Shown in pieces: positions 48,065-56,239 of a DNA stretch of 64,000 nucleotides. This DNA is from Azolla caroliniana (Eukaryota > Plantae > Polypodiophyta): positions 7,192,001-7,256,000 of the forward strand of contig JBHGNT010000022.1 in NCBI GenBank assembly GCA_043228905.1, given 5' to 3'. The notes beneath the pieces were generated by a model. It saw only the letters and a list, made by a program, of their open reading frames with translations. It was not told the origin of the DNA and did not search any database. How positions within the stretch are numbered: the first letter of the stretch is position 1; the number at the start of each line of letters is the position of its first letter. The position numbers were made by a program, and so were the translations under genes.

Positions 48065-51000
48065 AGCGGATTGTTGCGGAGTGGGGAAGTGATAGTCCGA
48101 GAAGCCCTGATACCCCACACAGGAACAAAACTCTCGGAGCAAAACATGTACGAATCGGTCCAGATGGGGCATCTACGTACACGACCGTAACCGGAGGATT
48201 GAAGAAAGGATACCGACAAGTGGAGGATAAGTTGCGGTCGGCATCAATAATAAAAGAAGATGAAGAAATCGTGGGGATAGTCGAAGAAGTGTTCTATGGG
48301 AGCACGCTACAACGACTTGAAGAGCTTGCGGAAGATAAAAGCCAAGGGAACCGGGTAGTCCCGGTGGAATCGGTCGAGATGTATGAGATCATTGTGAAAA
48401 TGGAGCCAGATACGCTCCGCAAAGAAGAAGCAATGGTAAGTACGAAATACAAGACCGTGGAGAAGAAGGTGAAACCGGCCGCGGGACCACTACCCGCCGA
48501 TAGCGAACAAAAGAGGAAAGAAGTCTCGGGAGATCCGACACTTCGGAAGTCCGTGGATATCGGACATGCCTTCACGGATGAGACCTGGAAGAAACTTCGG
48601 ATCGGTGGAGGTGGGTTCCTATTACAAAAAGAAGAAGAACGGTTTCGCGAGATGTTGGAGCAACACGGCAAAGCGTTTGCATTTACATCAAGGGACATAG
48701 GGTGTGTCGATCTGAGAATAGTGGAGCCGATGGTGATCTTCACGATTGACCATGTACCGTGGAACCTGAAGCCAATTCCGGTGCCACGAGCGCATATTCT
48801 GAAAGTCATTGACTTGCTCAAGGAGAAGGTGGTGATGGGGATTCTAGAGCCATCAACTGCTCCGTACTCAAATCGATGGTTTACGGTTCCGAAGAAGAAT
48901 GGGTCACTCCGATTTATCCAAGACTTGCAACCGGTGAATAAGGTCACGATCCGGAACTCGGGAGTCGGTCCGATAGTGGACGAATTTGCGGAAGCTTTTG
49001 CCAGTCATGCGATATACTCCATCGGAGACCTATACTCGGGGTATGACCAATTCCAATTAGCCGTGGAGAGCCGAGACATCACAACCATGCGAACACCGAT
49101 AGGATTAGTCCAAATGTGCACACTACCACAAGGAGCGACAAACTCGGTTGCTCATATGATGAACGCGATGAACAAGGTGCTTCAAGACTGCATTCCGGAG
49201 ATAACGATGTCGTTCCTTGATGACATTCCGATGAAAGGATGCGCGGTAGAAGAAAAAGATGAGACTATGGATGATCGGGGATGCCGAAAGTTCGTGGTCG
49301 ACCATATTCGTGATTGCGAGAAAGTGTTGCGAAAGCTAGAAGATGTGCACCTAACACTTTCCGGGGAGAAATCGGCATTCGGGCAAGAAGAAATATTGGT
49401 GGTCGGACATCTATGTGGGCCTTACGGCCGAAGACCGTCACCAACAAAGATTGATGCGATTCAAGCTATGGAGGAAGTATGCGAGTCAACATCCGAAGTC
49501 CGAAGGTTTCTCGGTGCATGTGCATTCTATCACATATGTATTCCGCACTATGCACATATAGCGGACCCGCTCTACCACTTGTTGCGGAAAGGTAAGAAAT
49601 TCGAATGGAAACCGGAACATACCAAAGCCATGAAGAAATTGAAGAAGACACTTCAGAGGGCGGAAGCACTTAAGAAGCCGAGCTACGACCGACCGATCAT
49701 AGTAACGGTTGATACAAGTCCAACCGGTATCGGGTGGGTCATCAATCAAGCCGACTCGGATGGTTCGTGGTATCCGATCCGATTCGGAGCAAAGGTTCTC
49801 AAAGAAAGGCAACGAGGATATGCACAAGTCAAAAGAGAACTGTGGGGAGTCGTGTCGGCGATAAAATTGGATCGGGATTATTTGATCGGAGCCGAAGTGG
49901 TGATCGAGACGGATTGTCTTCCGATACTCGGGATGATGCGGTGTTGTACGATACCGGATGTAGCTATGCTAAGGTGGGTTGCATATGTCAAGTCGCTTAA
50001 TCCGGAGGTTCGACACATCTCGGGGAAGGACAACGCTGTAACGGATATGTTATCAAGGGCTCGGTTCGGAGACGACATAACCGAATCGTATAATGAAGAA
50101 GTTTCCGAAGACTACTTCACGTCAGAGCACATATGCCGAGTGAACGTAATCCGAGAATTCTGGGAAGAAGAATACGAGGGAGAAAGCTTGATGATCGGAA
50201 AGATGTTACAAGAGGCCGAGGATTCAACAAACGATAAAGGAAGAAGAGCCGAGATCCGAAGGAAGAAGAGGCAAGTCCAAAAGTTCTTCTTGGAAAACGG
50301 ATTAATATGGAGGGCGCCGAAAATACCGGATGGTATACCACTTCGAGTATTCGGGACAAAAGAGCAATGAAACTGGATAATGTCCGAGTTTCACGAATCC
50401 GATTGGGCTGGACACCGAGGAACATGGGCAACATTTGTGAAGATCAAGCAAAAATATTGGTGGAAGAAAATGTACAAAGATGTCGCGGAATTCACGGAAA
50501 GTTGCGAGAAATGTCAAGTCTACTCCGGGGTTCGACATCGAGATGAGTTACATCCGACATTCTCACCGACAATCAACTTCAAGTCGATGGTCGACATAGT
50601 GGCCATGCCGGCCGGGACCGGACAAAAGAAATACTTGGTATTAGCTTGGGAAAATCTCACGAATCAAGTAGAAGGTCGAGCGCTTCAGAGGAAAACGTGT
50701 TCCGTGGTATGCCAATTTCTTTTGGAGGAAGTATTTTGCAGGTACGGGTGCGTAGGACAAGTGATTGCGGACCGGGGAGAACTCGACTCGGACAAAGCTA
50801 GGGGATTCTTCGCCAAACACGGAGTTCGGTTAACGCTGACAACGACATACAATCCGAAGGCCAACGGGAAAATTGAACGCGGACATAGTCCGATCGTGAA
50901 AGCACTTGCAAAGGCATGTGATGGAAAGGTGAAGGACTGGCCGCAGATGCTTCTGTATGCACTATGGGCGGATCGGACGATGCATAGCTCCATAAACGGT

Positions 51001-51696
51001 TACATGCCGTTAGAACTCATGACCGGACAAGCACCGGTAATGCCGACGGAAACCGCGATCGCAACATGGACAGTGCTACCGTGGAAGGAAGAGATGAGCC
51101 GGGAAGAACTATTAGCGGTCCGGATACGACAACTAGAGGGAAGACCGGCAAACATAGCAGAAGCAATACGCCGACAACAAGAAGCACGATTCCAGAACAA
51201 AAGCCAGTTCGACACAAAGCACCGACTACGACCGAGGCGGATTGAAGAAGGAGATTGGGTGATCGTCTATGACAATAGTTTGGACCATCAACATACAACG
51301 ATGCGGAAATTTGCGAAAAGGTGGTTCGGGCCACACGAGGTTCGGAAAGTCTTCGACAACGGAACGTACCAACTGTCGGAGTTGGATGGAACAATACTAC
51401 GAGTGCCTATAGCAGGGAAGCGGGTGAAGATTTTCAAGAAGTGGACTGACGACAAACCCTATGTGATCCAAGCCAAGGCCGACAACGAGGAGCAATCGGA
51501 CGAAGACCACGGTGATGCGGGAAGCAAAGAAAGTGAATTACGACTCATAGTCGACATAAGGGGAGAATCGGAGGAAGCTTTGGTTGAAGACGGATATGAG
51601 GAATCGAGAACTTCGGCACATACCGGAGGATGTGCGGGTTCGGAGGGGGCGAGTGTCGTAGTGTATTCCACACACTACGTGAAAACCATAAAATAA
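48061..51696 (+). pseudogene. RT-RNase H-integrase ORF (-1 frame relative to gag-PR) with one in-frame stop at about 50370
   Basis: DLYSGYDQ, LPQG, FLDD, TVDTS, KREL, ETDC, GHRG..CEKC, IADRGE, ANGKIER, WFGPH. Frame is open back to 48061. Confidence 0.92.
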
Positions 51697-53218
51697 TATA
51701 TCCGATTTTAGATACATATAAATAAATAAATAATATATCAAAATATTTATCACGTGCACAGGGCAAGATTCAAACCCTACACCTCCACGTAGATAAACCT
51801 CAACTTTACCATTGTAATAACTTATCTTTAGTGTTATATATATAGATTTAATACGTATAAGACCTTTATTTACACATACCTTTATTAAAAGGTAAAAATC
51901 ATGTATTCTTTAGGGTGTGAATATTTTATTTACACGTGACATTAAAAGTGACTCATGCACATCTATCGTGCATGAGCCCATGCACATTTAGTGTGCATGG
52001 ACACTTTTGGTGAAAAGGCATGAAGCCATGCTTAGCCTCTTCCATCTTTATATAAGGAGGAGAGAAATATGTATAAAGGTTGTTGATTAATATACAAGGA
52101 TTGATCAATCTAATATATTCGTGGGATTCACGAATTTTGCCATCTAAATTACTCTTATAATCTAAATATTGTTTTTAAATACACTAAACTCGTGGGATTC
52201 ACGAGATTGCTATCTTACTTCTCTTTCTACTATTCATAACTAGCCTTAAGTTGTATTCCTCTTCCTCCTAGTCCAAAACCTCGGCGGTTCCCACCCGACT
52301 CACGCAACGATCCGGAGCCGAACGGCACGACAACGGCATTTCTCAGGTGAGCTAGGGTTGCGTCACCTCGACATGCCGACCTTGAGGGGGAGAAAGGAAG
52401 AACAGAAACAAGAGCATGAAAGAAGCGGAGGTGTTCATCACGGCGATGAGGAATCGAACGGAGAATTCGATTTCGGGCCGGCTGAAGAAGCCGAAGAAAA
52501 GAGCAAGGGCCATAACCGTAGGGAAGAACCGAGGACAACCGAATCAGGGGGAGATAAGGACAAAACGAAGACGTGGTCGGAAGTTGTCAAAGGCCTGAGG
52601 ACTGAAGACGAATTGGAGACAACCAATTTGGATGAGTGCAGAATTGAATTGGAAGTGTTCGAGTCAATCGGAATGTTCGATTCGGATATGCCAAATCAAC
52701 TAAAGGCCATGCGGAGAAAAGGGCAGCGAAGGACGCGCCGACACCACAACAACAAGGGAGCTGAGAAGGGTTGGATGAGCAGACAAACCGACTGGAAGGG
52801 TCGAGGAGCACGAGCGAGGCGTGAAGCCAAAAGGAACCGGAGCATAGATCCAGAAGAGCAGATGGAACCTCAAGTTGAGCTTGAGGGGGAGCGTTGAGTG
52901 ACAAGCTCAACATTGGGTGCGTAATACGGCGCATAACCTAGTGCATAGACTAGACGGGCAAGTTAGTACGCATAACTTGGCCGTATCGGGGCGTAAACCA
53001 AAAGGCCGTTAGAGAGACATTCCTCGTAAGGAATAATTTTGGGAGTGAGTGTTGAGGCTCATTTATGAGCAGTCAAGTACTGTCAGTACTTGTGTCAGCC
53101 CGATAGTCAGGGCTTGTATAAAAGGTGCTCACTGAGCACCAAGAATGTACAGAGAGTCATTATTTTGAAATAGAACTGAGTTGTCTGCTCTCTCTCTCTG
53201 TCTCTCCATCTCCATCTC

Positions 53219-53833
53219 TGACGGGAACTCAACGTTCCTTATGCGCAACGCTCGGCCACAACCGAGCTTAGAATGATACACAGAAAACGGGAAATAAAAC
53301 ACGACACAGAGAAGAGGAAGATATTACACAGGAGGTTTACGTGGAAAACCCCAAACTAGGGGAAAAACCACGGCAGCCCACAGGCTGCAAATTGTCACTA
53401 TGTAGTAATGTACAAAACAGTGAGTTCACGGAGGCAACGACCTCGTGCTCACGATCTTCGCCACAGGCGGCGGTTACAACAGAGGCAGCAACCTCTTTCT
53501 CTCTCTCTCTCTCTCTGTACACTGTTACGTGCTGATTCTTCTTCTTGCACCAACAAGAAAAATAATGACAACTCCAAGAAATTAACAACAACCACTAAAA
53601 GCTTGCCCTAAGTCATATTTATACTAATATGACTTTTCGGCTATTTACAAATGTAGCCTCGATGGGCTCTCAGAAACATATTTACGAATATGTCTCTTCC
53701 TCCGGTTCGCACCGGGTCTGCGTCATCTGGCTCTCCGTAGCCGAGTACTCCTCATCCGGTTTCGGCCTCGGCCGAGTTTGTTCATCGGCACTATTCTTCT
53801 CCCTTCCCACCCGGAGGGACTTGTCTCCCAACA
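53219..53833 (-). mobile_element. Solo Copia-type LTR (615 bp) inserted in the 3' LTR of the 27150-53926 Copia
   Basis: TGACGGGA...TCCCAACA termini, perfect TSD ATCTC, U5-type motif ACGTGGAAAACCCC..GGGGAAAAACCACGG. Confidence 0.9.
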
Positions 53834-54973
53834 ATCTCTGTGTTTTCTGTGTTTACCGAACTGTCTTATTTCCAAACTGTGCACTCTGTCTTCACGCACA
53901 CGCTTCCGCACACGTATTCTTTTACACTTCCACAAGCCGGCAACTCACTAATTACATCACCAAGTCCAACTATGACGATTATGGAGGAATGTTCATGGTG
54001 AGACAGAGCAAATTCTATGTCGGCTTCTACTTCGAATAGTGCCTCTAGTTCGGAAGATGTATAGTTCGTCAACTCCGGTGCCTCGAACCATATGACGTCT
54101 CATCTAGAATGGTTTCGAGAACTTCGAGAGCCGCATCGACCTGGCTATGTTGAAACCAGAGACGACACTACTCATCCGATTCGGCACATCGGCAATGTTC
54201 CATTCGGCAAAGAAGACCGTAACAAAACTTACATTAAGAATGTCTTGCATGTACCAACCATTATGAAGAATTTGGTCTCTGTCGACCAAATTGTTGAGCA
54301 AGGGATGCGAGTTCGATTCAACCAAGGCAGTTGCTTCATCGAAAAAGAGGGTCGACTCATCGCTCACGGACGAAGAGAGGGCCGAATCATTCTCAACTCG
54401 CAAGAGATGAATGGCACAAGCGGATTGGCCATATCAACCTTCAAAAACTAAAGGTGATGCAATTGAATGGAGTCTTCATCAGGCTCCCGACATTCAAAGA
54501 GAAAGCGATTGAAGGCGTGTGTGCCGCCGGCCAATTTGGCAAGCAACATCGGGACTCACTCCCGAAGGAGAGGATAGTGAGTAAGGGCACATTTGATGTA
54601 ATTGATTTTGATGTATGGGGACTGGCTCAAACGGTGATATTCGGCAGATGCCGATACTACGTTACGTTCATCGATGAATTCTCCAAGAAAACATGGATCT
54701 ACCCCATGCGACAAAAGAGTGAAGTGTTCGGACACTTCCAAAAATTTAAGAATGAAGTCGAGAAAGCCACGGGCCGACATGTACAATGTCTTCGGTCAGA
54801 CAGAGGGAAAGAGTACTTCTCCAATGAATTTACGGTGTTTCTTTGGAAAGAAGGAATTCGACGAGAGTTTTTGTGTCAACATACGCCACAACAGAACAGA
54901 GTAGCCAAACGAAAGAATAGGCACATCTTGGAAGTAGCACGAGCCATGCTTAATGAGAAGCACATGCCGCAAT

Positions 54974-55670
54974 CATAGATTGACACATGTGTGATATTTG
55001 TCATATTCTCCATGCGTGATATTGTCAATATTTGAGAATACGAAATGGCCCCAAGAATATTATAAAACCATTCGTTTTACAAAAATATATAAAATATTAA
55101 TTAATTCATTTTTTTATTTAAATAAATTTAATTCACTAAAAAAAGAACAATCATTCATTAATAGATTATATACATATGATTAGTAGTAACTCTCTTTTAT
55201 AGTGTGAAATAAAAATGGGGAAGTTTATGAACCTTTATTTTACTTACTTAATTTTTTTTTAAAAACAAATATTTGTATATTTATTATAGAAATATGATTA
55301 GTGTGAAGTCCAAATTTTAATATCAAAATAAAAATATCTATAATTTTTGAGAGAATAAAAAGTGAGGAATTAATGAACCTTTATTGCATTTTATTTATTT
55401 ATTAAAAATAAAATGAATACTTTTATATTTATTATAAAAATTTATTAGCGTCAAGTACCTCTTAATGTTCCTTTTTATAGTCCCTCTTTTAATGTCCCTT
55501 TTTATCGTGAAGTCCGTTTTTTTTAATCCTAGTAAATTTAAAAAGGAGGGAGTTCTTGGACTCTCTTTTTTCTTTTTTTTGGTATAAACGAATACTTGAC
55601 CATGCATTCGTATCCGTATCCGTATGCATTCGAATGGGAAACGCCACGAATGTGAATATGTTAATGTATG
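54974..55670. mobile_element. hAT-type non-autonomous DNA transposon (MITE), 697 bp
   Basis: 8-bp TSD GCCGCAAT (54966-54973, 55671-55678), imperfect TIR CATAGATTGACACAT vs CATACATTAACATAT (12/15), AT-rich non-coding interior, subterminal CGTATC repeats. Confidence 0.88.
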
Positions 55671-56038
55671 GCCGCAATCGTACTGGGCAGAAGCTGCCAA
55701 CACAACTGTCTGCCTAATGAACCGGTGTACGACATCTAGCGTGCATGAGGTTACCCGCATGAGAAGGTTTTTAGAAAGAAGCTGGAACTATCACATGTTC
55801 GGATATTTGTCAGAACAAAGCAAGAGATTGAATGATTGAAGGAAGATATAAGAGAATAGAAGAAGAGAGGAGAATGGATTGATAAGAGAAGAGTGGGTTG
55901 ATTAGAATAGAATGAGTACAAGGATAGAGTGGGTTTATTAGAATAGAGTGAGTACAAGGTAGGCTTGGTATTGATTCGAATTGATTTGATATGATCTATT
56001 TGTCTCTATTTATAGGTTTCTATAGAATAGCTTAGAGA

Positions 56039-56130
56039 TTTCTAGAATGTTCTAGAATGTTCTGGACCTAGAATATTCTAGGATGCTCCAGAAGATTTCT
56101 AGAAAGTTGTAGAAAGTTCCAGAAGTTTCT
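56039..56130. promoter_or_regulatory. Heat-shock element (nGAAn/nTTCn) array in LTR U3
   Basis: tTTCtaGAAtgTTCtaGAAtgTTCt (5 perfect pentamers) and tTTCtaGAAagTTgtaGAAagTTCcaGAAgtTTCt, just upstream of minus-strand CTATAAATA at about 56007-56015. Confidence 0.85.
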
Positions 56131-56185
56131 CTGATACAATAATCATTATGAAAAGTAGCCTTTATTATTTCACGTCCTGATAGGT

Positions 56186-56239
56186 TACCTTAATGGTTAG
56201 GCTTCGAATTTCGTGATACGAAGTCTTGGGTTCAAGTCC
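56186..56239 (+). promoter_or_regulatory. tRNA-like A-box/B-box module in chromovirus LTR U3 (antisense)
   Basis: TACCTTAATGG(TTAGG) and GGTTCAAGTCC, 43 nt apart. Confidence 0.75.

Larger units (their letters stand above)
45326..52332 (+). mobile_element. Ty3/Gypsy non-chromovirus with tRNA-Trp PBS (Phygy-like), full length, 7007 bp
   Basis: LTRs 45326-46003 and 51654-52332 (about 8 substitutions and 1 indel seen), perfect 4-bp TSD ACGG, PBS T(T)GTGAACCCGACGTGA at 46008-46024, PPT GGAGGGGGCGAG. Confidence 0.97.
27150..53926 (+). mobile_element. Full-length but decayed Ty1/Copia (about 5.6 kb net) carrying five nested insertions
   Basis: 5' LTR 27150-27545, PBS TGGTATCAGTGC at 27546-27557, PPT TTGAGGGGGAG at 52881-52891, 3' LTR 52892-53926 (split), TSD CTTCT/CTTCC. 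Coding pieces rejoin across each insertion. Confidence 0.92.
26741..55807 (+). mobile_element. Outer host Copia in three pieces (26741-27149, 53927-54973, 55671-55807), further interrupted by the chromovirus at 55808
   Basis: gag LQSMLLVEENH and Zn knuckle end at CTTCT (27149) and resume CTTCCACAAGCCG at 53927. Protease and integrase fragments follow, with HMPQS|YWAEAANT spanning the MITE. Confidence 0.85.
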
